Below, in pieces: positions 10,387-20,400 of a stretch of DNA of 64,000 bases. The stretch's first letter is position 1; every line of letters begins with the position of its first letter. This DNA is from a virus, in IMG/VR virus record IMGVR_UViG_3300008262_000040, one strand, 5' to 3'. Below the pieces are notes generated by a model, which saw nothing but the letters and a program-made list of their open reading frames with translations, had not been told where the DNA came from and ran no database searches. The translations under genes and the position numbers were made by a program.

Positions 10387-10587
10387 TTACTTGGGTAGAG
10401 TGCCTTTACTGTTATCAGTTGAGGCAATTGAAGACGGATTAGATTTCGCTTTACTAGCAGCGTTATTGCCAGTGCGACCTTTCCTTAACACTTCGCTTAA
10501 TATGAATCCTACGTATTTTATGGGGTTTTCAATTATTCTGTAACTATCCCCTTTTGGTGCCATGTTAAATTTACTAAGCAAACTCAT
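10387..10587 (-). CDS. Hypothetical protein (66 aa)
   Basis: ORF 20 nt downstream of an ATATTTAT motif. Confidence 0.6.
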   Translation of the reverse strand: MSLLSKFNMAPKGDSYRIIENPIKYVGFILSEVLRKGRTGNNAASKAKSNPSSIASTDNSKGTLPK

Positions 10588-10631
10588 AGTTAATCCGTTT
10601 TGTAATAATAAATATGCTAATTTTCGATTGT

Positions 10632-12008
10632 TTACAGACCTAACTCAAAAAACTTGCTAGATAAGTACTTTTTCTCATCGTTGTCTATTCTACTGAACCC
10701 AGAAGGGGCTGAACTCGTATCTACCTTAAGCTCGGAATCGTCCATTTCAGAAGCGTCTATGTCTATGTGTCCATTAGCTGTATTTATTTTAGCAGAAAAA
10801 GTCATACCATCGCTTCCAAATCTGTTTTTGATAACGTGAATTCTACCGGTTCCAGCGAGCTTATCTCCCCTTTTTCTTGATAGTGACATAGCAAAGTCGG
10901 CTATCATGATCTTATCGTAAGAACCAGCTATCTTATCGGCCTCGATAATGTCGTCTTTACTACCCATACGATTAACCTGACTAACTGTCCAAATTGGAGT
11001 CCTTATCTGCCTTGCCAAACCCTTGATTGAAGTATACACATCATCAATTTGATCTTTTCTTTCTGATGACTTAGACTTAGATCTCAGCAAGTCAACGTAA
11101 TCTATAATGACTAGATCTGGCTTGTGTCCAAGAGTTACGCACTTCTGAATGTGGGTCTCTATGCTAGAGGGCGTGGTTTTTCCCATTGGGTATTCTTTAA
11201 TGATTAACTTGCCAGGTAATGAGTTAATGGTCTCCTCTATCAATTTTCTACTCTCAGTCTTATGAATATTTTGAAAGTCTATTCCTGTGAGTATAGAATC
11301 GTAACGCTTACCTACATACTCTTGAGAAAGTTCTAGCGTGTAGTGACATACTGTGTATCCCATTTTAACTGCTGTGGCTCCCAAGTTAATTAAGAACCAA
11401 GATTTACCTCCACCTGGAGAACCCAATACCATGCCTAGATCACCAGCTCCGAGGCCTCCCATTAATAGGTCGTTGATGTGTGGCCAAATAGTTGGTACAG
11501 CGCCACGCTCTTCTAGTCTATATCTGCTTTCTAAGTCTTTTTCGTATTCGTGTCCTAAATCTCTGCTCTGTCCTGCTTTAAGAGCTTGATCGATCATAGA
11601 TCTGATGTCGTCGTACTGACCTTTTGTAAGCAACTCTACGGAGTTCATCAAAGCCTTTTTCAATTGTTGGTTCTTACAGAAGTTACTAAACTCTGTCTCA
11701 ACGTACTCTTGATCCTCGTTGATTGCTTTTAACGCCTCTTTAAGCTGCTCCACTATTGTTACTTTCAATACGTCGTTCTCAATCTTCTTTACTTCAACAG
11801 ATAAATACTCAGGAGTTGGATTTGCGTGGTACTTTGAGTAGTACTTTAGTGTTTCCTCAACTATCCACTTGTGAGCTGGGTTATCGAACTCCTCTGGGTT
11901 TAATAGATCGTAAACCCCGTGTAAGAACTCCTTGTGTTTTAGAAGCGACGATATTACCTTTATCTGAAAAGATACTCCGTACGCTTGTAAAGTGTTTAAT
12001 GTACTCAT
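10632..12008 (-). CDS. Replicative DnaB/gp41-like helicase
   Basis: Walker A GSPGGGKS, YTLE, IIDYVDL, SQVNR, IKNRFG. Confidence 0.93.
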   Translation of the reverse strand: MSTLNTLQAYGVSFQIKVISSLLKHKEFLHGVYDLLNPEEFDNPAHKWIVEETLKYYSKYHANPTPEYLSVEVKKIENDVLKVTIVEQLKEALKAINEDQEYVETEFSNFCKNQQLKKALMNSVELLTKGQYDDIRSMIDQALKAGQSRDLGHEYEKDLESRYRLEERGAVPTIWPHINDLLMGGLGAGDLGMVLGSPGGGKSWFLINLGATAVKMGYTVCHYTLELSQEYVGKRYDSILTGIDFQNIHKTESRKLIEETINSLPGKLIIKEYPMGKTTPSSIETHIQKCVTLGHKPDLVIIDYVDLLRSKSKSSERKDQIDDVYTSIKGLARQIRTPIWTVSQVNRMGSKDDIIEADKIAGSYDKIMIADFAMSLSRKRGDKLAGTGRIHVIKNRFGSDGMTFSAKINTANGHIDIDASEMDDSELKVDTSSAPSGFSRIDNDEKKYLSSKFFELGL

Positions 12009-12011
12009 GTA

Positions 12012-13028
12012 TTAATTATATTTGCTTAAGTTAAAAAAATGATTGTGTAACCATGTCCTTGGGTCTTTTATGCTCGCGCCTAGATCGTCTTCTTCATACA
12101 ATCTAAGAAATTCTTGCGAATTGAACTGCTTATAAGGTTCGAGTATTACATTTTTTATTACTTGTACGTCTTCGTCAGGTATGTTTGGAGATCTTAGATC
12201 CATCAATAATTTATTTATCTTTATCTGACTTTTGAAGTTAATTATGTTATTGTGTACCTTCTTCTTTCCAGTTTCACACACGTTAAGCACCTCTTCCAGA
12301 GTCATTTCCGTGCTCTTGGCCAGCGCAGGAAATTCCTTAAGTAAAGTCTTAGGTCCTAAACCTATAACACCCGGAACGTTATCCCCTGAGTCCCCAAGAA
12401 GCATCTTCTGTAATAAGAAGTTGTTTGGATGCACTCCGTATTCAGAAAGCACCCTACCTTCGTTATACAAAATCTTCTTTGTTGGAGAATAAATAGTAAC
12501 CTTTTCGCTGACAAGTTGCAAGTAGTCCCTATCGCTCGACATGATGGTGATATCTCCGTCCACTATTGAAGTCAAATATCCTATCACGTCGTCTGCCTCT
12601 ACTTTATCGATAGACAATATATCAACAGGCAAACAACGCAAATACTCTATGAGTCTTACGAGTTGATTGGTTATAGATTCTGACTCTTCTTCTTGACTTT
12701 CGTAGTGGTCCCAATTGGTTATTCTCTTTATACCTCTATTTGCTTTGTACTCTGGATAGATATATCGCTTATTTGTTGAAGACCCTTTGCCGTCAAATAC
12801 CAATATAACTCTTGTAGGTCTGACTATGTTTATCACTGAACCCATCGATCTAAGAAACCCAGTTAGTCCTCCTATGGGCGTTAAATTCCTATTTGTGTGC
12901 TGTATTACAGCGAATGCTCTCATGAATGTATTTAACGAATCTATGAGCAACACACGACTGTTTACCTTCAACTCCTCTTGCTTTTCTTCTTTCAAGGAGT
13001 CGAACAATTTTTTATAGTCTTCTCTCAT
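12012..13028 (-). CDS. 5'-3' exonuclease / flap endonuclease (T4 RNase H-like)
   Basis: LLIDSLN, VFDG, YKANR, EADD, SSDRD, GDSGDNVPGVIGLGPKT. Confidence 0.93.
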   Translation of the reverse strand: MREDYKKLFDSLKEEKQEELKVNSRVLLIDSLNTFMRAFAVIQHTNRNLTPIGGLTGFLRSMGSVINIVRPTRVILVFDGKGSSTNKRYIYPEYKANRGIKRITNWDHYESQEEESESITNQLVRLIEYLRCLPVDILSIDKVEADDVIGYLTSIVDGDITIMSSDRDYLQLVSEKVTIYSPTKKILYNEGRVLSEYGVHPNNFLLQKMLLGDSGDNVPGVIGLGPKTLLKEFPALAKSTEMTLEEVLNVCETGKKKVHNNIINFKSQIKINKLLMDLRSPNIPDEDVQVIKNVILEPYKQFNSQEFLRLYEEDDLGASIKDPRTWLHNHFFNLSKYN

Positions 13029-13038
13029 TTTTTGTTTT

Positions 13039-14109
13039 TTATTCTGATTCGTCGTACGCTATGGTAGTTTCTACTTGTTCTTCGATCAACTCAAAATCTG
13101 CAGACCCAAGAACTCTTATCCACTCTTCGGAATGTTCGTTTTTATAATTGTTTATCGCAGATGGAGAATCATCAATGAAACCGTGTGGAGTCATTATCAC
13201 CTTAGAAACAGCTGTAACTCCAGTGATGTGGTTCTTATCGCACGATATCCTTGTTCTTTTGGCGAATTCGATGTCTTTACCAGCCTTGCTTGCTTTGATC
13301 TTATTGGTACCAGCTTTTGCTACGTTACCAAAAGTGATTACGAGAGAGGCATCGAAGTACATTGTGTTTCCTCCTTTGTTCTGCAATGTTGGTTGACCCA
13401 TCGGATTGTCTGGTTTAGCTACCCACACCTTATTAATAGCGATCAAGGTATTTGTGAACGGTTGACTTTCCTTTCTGCTCAATACGATTCTCTGATTGAT
13501 GAAGTTACCGAACTGCTGTGACATAGCTCCTGCGTTCCACTCGTTGTTGTTAGTTGACTTCTCTACAGACATTCTACAAGGTATTGAGCCAACTGAGTCC
13601 CAAAAGAAGCACAGATCGTACGGTAGATTGCCCTTCTTCTGTTCGTCGAGTATGTCTGCTATGAACGCAGCTACGTCTTCTACACACTGTAACTTTTCAC
13701 GATCTATGAATATGAAGAATCCATCGTAATCGCAAACAACACCATCTTCGTTAGCAACCTCATTGAATTGTAGTCCCATAAGCCTCGCGTGCTCCCAAGA
13801 CCACTTCATCTCTGTAATAACGAAAACTGGTAGTATGCCCATCTTTTGACAGGACACTGCTGCTTCCAATAAGGCTGTGGTTTTGCCAGTATCTGAGTGG
13901 CCACGAAGTAGACTTATGTGTCCAACTGGAAGACCGGGTACTTGTAACGCCTCTTGAAACGATTTTGATAGTGGTATCCAACGATCGTCTTTGAACTTAA
14001 CAGACGTAGTGCTGAGGTTCTTCTTCTTTTTGAAACCTTCTAAGTTGAATCCCCCTTTAACTGCGTTAGATATAGCGCCGTTTAGACTTTGTTTTTTTTC
14101 TTTTGCCAT
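13039..14109 (-). CDS. RecA/UvsX-like recombinase
   Basis: Walker A GHSDTGKTT, Walker B FFWDSVG, KGG loop. Confidence 0.88.
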   Translation of the reverse strand: MAKEKKQSLNGAISNAVKGGFNLEGFKKKKNLSTTSVKFKDDRWIPLSKSFQEALQVPGLPVGHISLLRGHSDTGKTTALLEAAVSCQKMGILPVFVITEMKWSWEHARLMGLQFNEVANEDGVVCDYDGFFIFIDREKLQCVEDVAAFIADILDEQKKGNLPYDLCFFWDSVGSIPCRMSVEKSTNNNEWNAGAMSQQFGNFINQRIVLSRKESQPFTNTLIAINKVWVAKPDNPMGQPTLQNKGGNTMYFDASLVITFGNVAKAGTNKIKASKAGKDIEFAKRTRISCDKNHITGVTAVSKVIMTPHGFIDDSPSAINNYKNEHSEEWIRVLGSADFELIEEQVETTIAYDESE

Positions 14110-14122
14110 ATTAGATTAAAAT

Positions 14123-14139
14123 GCCCCTCTGGGAGGGGC
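14123..14139 (-). terminator. Hairpin/terminator after the SSB gene
   Basis: GCCCCTC-cca-GAGGGGC with T tracts on both sides. Confidence 0.7.
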
Positions 14140-14144
14140 TTTTT

Positions 14145-14924
14145 TTAGAAGTTGAAAATGTCGTCTATCTTAGAATCTAGGTTTGGTTTACCCGTATTCA
14201 AAGAAAACTTTGGAGTTTCTACTGGAGCTGCGGGCGTTTCTTCTGTTTCTTCCTCTTCGCTCTCTGGGTTTAGATAGCCCAACAAAGCGGCTTTCATGTC
14301 GTCGTAGCCGTAGCGCTTGAATTGAGTGACTGGATCTGGTTGTTCTGTCATCCACTTTTTAACTAGATCTGCGTTCTCTGACAACGGAGTTACCTTTGTT
14401 CTCACGCGGATCGTTGATTTGTTATAAGTCAAACCTGTTGATTCCTTACCCAATGTTTCGATCGTGATGTCTCGTCCCTGTAAAGGATCTGTGTAGTCTC
14501 CGACGTCCTCGTCTTCAGCGATTGATAAAAGATCCATGAAGATTTGTTTACCGAAGCCCCAAAGCATAACGCCTTTGTCTTCTTCGCCTCTAACGATAAC
14601 GGGTACGAAAACGCGCATCTTGGGTTCAAGCTTTTTGGCTAGTTGCCAGTCCTCACGGTTTGAAGACTTTCTAAGACCCTGTGCGAACTCTACGATTGGA
14701 TCTTTTTCTCCGAAGTTTGTCAGAGCGATCATCGTCTTGTTTCCAATCTCGTAGTGGAAATAGAGCTCTTTGAACGGGTTTGACTTGTTGTAAGCCGATG
14801 GTAGCACTCTCACCGAATGCTTACCTACTGTTGGGGACCAAAGGGTTTTTTGTAACTCACCCTTGGAACCGCCTTTTGGATTTTGCAAAGATTGTAGTCT
14901 TTGTCTTAGCATGTTAATGTCCAT
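14145..14924 (-). CDS. Single-stranded DNA-binding protein (gp32-like)
   Basis: VRVLP...PFKELYFHY...LWGFGK...YTDP..GRDI core; acidic tail ending IDDIFNF. Confidence 0.85.
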   Translation of the reverse strand: MDINMLRQRLQSLQNPKGGSKGELQKTLWSPTVGKHSVRVLPSAYNKSNPFKELYFHYEIGNKTMIALTNFGEKDPIVEFAQGLRKSSNREDWQLAKKLEPKMRVFVPVIVRGEEDKGVMLWGFGKQIFMDLLSIAEDEDVGDYTDPLQGRDITIETLGKESTGLTYNKSTIRVRTKVTPLSENADLVKKWMTEQPDPVTQFKRYGYDDMKAALLGYLNPESEEEETEETPAAPVETPKFSLNTGKPNLDSKIDDIFNF

Positions 14925-14949
14925 AGTATGTATACTGTTTGATAATAAA

Positions 14950-14957
14950 CAAATATA
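14950..14957 (-). promoter_or_regulatory. Bacteroidota-type -7 promoter element TATATTTG upstream of SSB
   Basis: Matches TAnnTTTG, 25 nt upstream of the start codon. Confidence 0.5.
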
Positions 14958-14988
14958 CGGAAAAAAATCGAAAGGAAAAAATTTTATT

Positions 14989-15414
14989 TTACAAGTTCAC
15001 GATTTTTTTAATTTCGGTGTTTAGTTTCCGAAATTTAGAGTCTTGTACCAGCAGTATGGAATTTTTGTAATCCTGCCAGTTAACGGGGTATTTGTTGTCA
15101 AGGACTCCACCGTTCAAGCTCATTATTAGAGCGTTAAGAGAATTGATCGTGTATAGCGTGTTGGTCTCTTTCTTTCTGTGCACAAGGATGGTGTTCTTCA
15201 TTATTCTTGGCTGATCGTCTGTGTAGTCTATGTTGTAGGTACACATCAGCTCTGAAGATTCTGGTGAACTCAAAACGAATATCTTTTTGTAAAGTACCGA
15301 GTATTCGCGATTTATTGACTCTACCAGCTCGTTTAGCCCTTCTTCTGTAGTAAATGTGCAAAACAGCTTGTTTTTTAGCATCTCTCTTGTTATTCTGTAT
15401 TCTTCTTTAAACAT
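14989..15414 (-). CDS. Hypothetical protein in the replication cluster (start may be 15381)
   Basis: Open frame between the PolA-like gene and SSB; ATATTTAT at 15417-15424. Confidence 0.75.
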   Translation of the reverse strand: MFKEEYRITREMLKNKLFCTFTTEEGLNELVESINREYSVLYKKIFVLSSPESSELMCTYNIDYTDDQPRIMKNTILVHRKKETNTLYTINSLNALIMSLNGGVLDNKYPVNWQDYKNSILLVQDSKFRKLNTEIKKIVNL

Positions 15415-15433
15415 TTATAAATATGTTTGTTTT

Positions 15434-16708
15434 TTACAAAAAGTATGTTTTTCCGTGTTTGTGTTTTACGACCATGCTGTCCTGCTCTAATACTTCCTTT
15501 ATTTTTAAAAGCAATTCTTTGCCATCTGACACAGCGTAGTCAAATAGGAAAGCGTCGTAAGTTATCAACACAAGTTTGCTCTTCTTTCCTTCTAAAAGAT
15601 CTTTCAATTGTAGGATCTTCTCTGCGTTTCTTTTAGTTTCCAAGTTCTGTACGTAGTAGTTCAACAGTTTGCTATCGTACATGTCTTCATCTCTTGTAAT
15701 ACTTATCCCAGTAGGTAGCTCCATGGACTCACCAGTAGCGCACCTCTGGCTTAGTTTTTTTGATAACGTTACCATAGCACTAAAGAATTCAATGTGCTGG
15801 TAAGCTTCTGGTACGCCCCCATATAAGTTTTTAAAGCTTATAGTCTTGGATTCTTTGTACTCCTCTTCTGTTAATGCATCTTTATTGAAGTACTGCTTAC
15901 CAAGATACTCGTGAACAGAGCTTTCTTTGAACTCGTAGCCAACTTCGTTACCTATTAGCCTGAGGTGGTAGCCATCGAAGTCGAACTCTACCAAATAGTC
16001 GTTTGAAGGTACAAAACAATCTCTATATTCTCTGTCTTTTGGTATAGCCAAAAAGTTTATACCGTTAAAAGAGTTAGTAGGTCTACCTGTTTGATTGTAC
16101 AGATTGTATTGGTTGTATATGTTATCTCCATCTATAGAAGCTTCTTCATTGTTTACTTTAAATTTCTCAAAAAATAGCTTTTTGTTTATCTTTATTGGAT
16201 TGCTTTCAACGTAAGAGTAAGCTGAAATAACACTATTAAGATTTTGATTTTTAGGTCTACTCATCTCGAACTTGTAAATATCGAAAACTCTCTCCAGTCT
16301 TTCGTAGTGTTTAACAACAGGAATTATCGAGTTTAATTCACTAGACCACTGGTATTTTTGTTCGTACTCAAGTTGAGCGTTTGTTCTCGTATCGTTTTGC
16401 GATTGTTTAGAAAAAGACAGATCAACGAAGTTGTCCACTTTCATGAAATGCGAGTGATACTTTTTGTCCAATACGTAGACAGTTTCGTGTTTTTGTATGA
16501 AATCGAGTATGTGTTCGTTGTCTATACCAAAACACTCGCTGTGATCGACGCAAAGCATGTAACCCTTTTCGCTGTTTCTATAATAGTATAAACAGGCTTT
16601 AGCTAATCTAGGATGAAAATTGTGATTATTTGGTATCAATTGTAAGAAACAACTGCTTTGTACCCTAAGCGAATCCAACTGATCCTTTGTTTCTACTATG
16701 AAATGCAT
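15434..16708 (-). CDS. Divergent, shortened family-A polymerase homolog
   Basis: TGRPTN..GINFLAIPK, motif A EFDFDGYHLR, motif B YKESKTISFKNLYG, NYYVQ, motif C TYDA. Confidence 0.8.
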   Translation of the reverse strand: MHFIVETKDQLDSLRVQSSCFLQLIPNNHNFHPRLAKACLYYYRNSEKGYMLCVDHSECFGIDNEHILDFIQKHETVYVLDKKYHSHFMKVDNFVDLSFSKQSQNDTRTNAQLEYEQKYQWSSELNSIIPVVKHYERLERVFDIYKFEMSRPKNQNLNSVISAYSYVESNPIKINKKLFFEKFKVNNEEASIDGDNIYNQYNLYNQTGRPTNSFNGINFLAIPKDREYRDCFVPSNDYLVEFDFDGYHLRLIGNEVGYEFKESSVHEYLGKQYFNKDALTEEEYKESKTISFKNLYGGVPEAYQHIEFFSAMVTLSKKLSQRCATGESMELPTGISITRDEDMYDSKLLNYYVQNLETKRNAEKILQLKDLLEGKKSKLVLITYDAFLFDYAVSDGKELLLKIKEVLEQDSMVVKHKHGKTYFL

Positions 16709-16760
16709 AACTTTTATTTTACACTAATGTACATTAATCGACACTAACAGTAAAATAAAT

Positions 16761-17399
16761 CTATTGGGTAGTGGTAGGTCTAGCAAACTTTGCGTAATCC
16801 TCACCTATAAAAGCTTTGAGACCTAAAAACTTGGTGTCTGCGCCTTCTATCAATCTTTTATTCGTGTCTACTATTCCTGCTCTAATATCGTATTGAGATA
16901 GTCTAACTGTGTTCAATGGTCCTGTTAACTTCCATAATATAGACTGTATTTGATAGTAAGATACGTCGTATTCAACAGTTCCCTGCTCTATACCTACATA
17001 CTCTTGTTCGGAGATCTCTTTTACATAACCCTGTTCGTTTATCTTTTTTACAAAGAATCTGTAAAAGTATCCTCTGTTATAATCTGGTTCTGTTGGTTTT
17101 GGGTGATAACTTGTTGGTTGGGTTCTATCTTTGGGCTCTACAACAGCTGCCGCGGTTATGGTAAATTGTGATCTAGACTCTGGCGATAATCGACCTCGTT
17201 GGTTTGTTGATAGAAGATTGTTTTTTATCGGGTCTAACCTTTCGTTTGGGCCGACAGCTGGATTAGCGCCTGTATAAAACTTGCCATCATAAGTAGCATA
17301 GTATAACCCACTATATGGCACACCATTTAGCCTATATTCATTTCCGCGTGTTGTAAGATTTGTTTTTACTCTAAAAGACGGATAGTATCTAATCGGCAT
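16761..17399 (-). CDS. Hypothetical protein, probably baseplate-associated
   Basis: Last gene of the tail/baseplate operon. Confidence 0.6.
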   Translation of the reverse strand: MPIRYYPSFRVKTNLTTRGNEYRLNGVPYSGLYYATYDGKFYTGANPAVGPNERLDPIKNNLLSTNQRGRLSPESRSQFTITAAAVVEPKDRTQPTSYHPKPTEPDYNRGYFYRFFVKKINEQGYVKEISEQEYVGIEQGTVEYDVSYYQIQSILWKLTGPLNTVRLSQYDIRAGIVDTNKRLIEGADTKFLGLKAFIGEDYAKFARPTTTQ

Positions 17400-17407
17400 T
17401 TTATGAA

Positions 17408-20400
17408 TTATTTAAAATCTTTTATAATGTTCCATGCGCCTAAACCAGATTTTCTTCTTTCTGCTCTTTTTTGAGAATCTGTTATATATGGAACTGAAAA
17501 CTCATAATAATCAATCCAATACAGCGCTGCCAATTCTGCGCCAGTGGCGTCATTAGGCACACTTTTTAATTTCGAAACTAGATTGGGCCTAGAAGAAGCT
17601 TCTTTCAATATAAATAGCATCTGAGTTTCAAGATTGTCTGCTGATGCACCTCCTCTGCTATTTACAAAATTAACATAATTATCTAATCTTTTACCAACCC
17701 ATTGCGGAATTCCATAAGCAGTAACTCTTTTTCCATTATATGTTGGCGTTGTGAACATTCCTGTTTTTACAGCAGCTGTTTGTTGATCTGTCTTTTGCCC
17801 CTTCCCACTTCCAGCTTCGACAGTGGTTTTTCCTGAACCCCTTTCTGTAGCTCCTATTATCCAAACGTAGGGGTTTAAACCGGATTCTCGATACATAGTA
17901 CCCAACGCACCTGCTGCAGCTGCTTGACTATAACCCTCTGCTTTAAATAATAGCCACATTTTTTCAAGATCTCCTCTAGCTCTTGATAAATTATCGGCCA
18001 GTACATTTCCAGTTTGGTATAGATCTCCGGTTGGAACAAAACCTGGAACGCCTAAATTTGATTCTTGAGAATTATTAGTAGGTTTAGGAACCCCTTTCCA
18101 TGTTCCATCGACTAATTTTGATGGCTTGTTTTGATACCCAGCTATGTTTTTTACGTAATACATGTTAGCTTTTACGTCTGTTGTCCAAGAGTTGTTCTGT
18201 ATAGTGTGATCTAGACCTGTGATTATAAACCCAACTCTGCGTGTCGCGTTTTGTCCAAATCCTCCAGCCGCTATGGTATAAGAATAGGGTAGCATCTCTT
18301 CAGGTATTGTAAAAGCGTGATAAATTTCTGGATCTTTTTCAGTATTCCTTGCTTTTGCAACAGCCTCTATGTAATAATTGATAGCCTGTTCTACTCCCTC
18401 TTCTGATCTGCTTCCCCCTAAATAATAACCCTTAACTGATTCATTGAATCTAGAGGCAGCGAGTGCTTTTCTTTGAAGCTCCAAAGAGCCTGTATTTAAT
18501 TTAGCTTTAGCATTGTCGTTTACTGCTGTAGTAACAGGTCTATATCTATTTATCGCGTAAAGACTTGAATTTCCTACGCCTGTTCCATCTGTACCAGCCG
18601 TTGTTTGGTTTTTTACGTCTGAATTCGCACTTATAGCAAGCATATTGCTCAATTTTGTGCTATTATCTGTTTGTATTGTAAAAGATCTAGCTATTGACTG
18701 TTTTCCAAAAACCGGGATTTCGTATGGGACTGTATTTAGTATGTTTACGTTGTCTACAGCATTCATCACGTTATTTCCAGGTATAGCTTGATCGTCTACT
18801 ACACAGAAACAGTTAGAGTAGTCATCGTACGCGAGTCTAAGCACATTGAAATTTCCCAAGGATTTACTAAGATCAGACAGTATTTCGTCCATTAAAGATC
18901 TAAAATAAACAGAGTTAGTTTCATCTTTTGTAGCGTGACTTCTTATAGTATCTAACAGGTAGTCTATGCTAACAAGCACATTCATCAATTTCCCTCTATA
19001 GTTAGGTAACGCCGAATTGTTTGTTGTTTGAAACTTAAACGGTGGAAGAGTCTTTGATACCGCATCGGTTGTCCATAGATCTGTTGCGTTTGACTCTTTA
19101 TTAACCGCTATTATTTTATCACCCTGCAGTATTTTTGGATCGAAAAGCTTTTTATAAGAACTTAATTCTCCCTTGAACGGAACTACGAATTTGTAAGGAT
19201 TTGCGCTTAACATAAAATCGGAGGATAGTATTATGTTGCTTCCTTGATTGAAATCTAAATAGAAGAGAGGTATGTTTAGATCCGGTTCTGTGGTATCATA
19301 CAAAAATCCGCAGTGATTAAGGATCATAAAAAAGAATCCCATAGTTACATACGTCGGATAGTGTATATCTCCCCCTTCAACTAGGTTTTTAGATTGATAG
19401 TAAGGTATAACAAAAGATTGGAGTATCTCAGCAAAATTAATCGCGTATTCTTTGTCCTGTCTTATAGCTTCTAATACAGTTGGATCATTTACCCCATCGT
19501 CTTTCATCAAATTTCTATGAAAACCAAATAAAGCGTTTGTTAAAAATCTATCTTTTTTACCAAAATTAGAAGCAGCATAATACGCGTTGTCCGTAATAGC
19601 TTTATTTATTATTTCGTCTGGTTTTTCTATAATCTGTTGCAAATTTCCTTTTCCAAAAGCGCCGTCAGCAAATATGTTGTACAGAGACTGTTTATCCTTT
19701 CCTTTTGGATCACCCCACTTTATAGAATCGACTTTGCTTATCTCTCCGTTACCGCTTATGAATCTTTCTATGGTCAACAGTTGAATCGTCCTAAGTATGC
19801 CCTCCATCTGCGATTTGTACATTGCAGCTTCTGAATTCTGTAGATCGTCTACCTTCACTTTTGTATAATCGGGCGGTACGTACGCTGGGATTTGAGCGCC
19901 CTGACTAGGCACTGGAGGAGCTACGTTAGTCGAAGGATTGGGCGATATATAAGCATCTGTTATTTGCCATTTAGTTACCAAATCAAAATCTGATATACCT
20001 ATACCAATTCTAACATCTTGTTTTACGTAAACTGTTTTTTTTGGTATATTTGCTCGACCGGTTTGTACTATAGGACCAATTGTGCCTGGTAAATTATCCA
20101 CTGGTATCAATCCTTCAAATATTGCTCCGTATTCGCTGTTAACTTGTATTTGTAATAGAGATAACAACCAATTTCCTGATAGAACTTGTACTATAGCATC
20201 AACTATTTTTTGTCTCGTTTCTCCTTCTTTTCCCGGCCCATCAGTTTCTACATTTCCCGTCTTAAAGGCTGGATCATATGTAACACCCGAGGTTTTTGAA
20301 AATTTTGTAGAATATCTTATGTATATCTTTCTTGTTCCTATTGATTTTCTAACTGCGCCACTAGCGTATTCTATTGTATAAAATCCATCATCCTCCCCTG

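Noticed and set aside
16713-16758. TTATTTTAC/GTAAAATAA inverted repeat with an ACACTAA direct repeat upstream of the second PolA
   Set aside because: AT-rich, short and single-copy; could be a weak terminator or operator but is not distinguishable from chance
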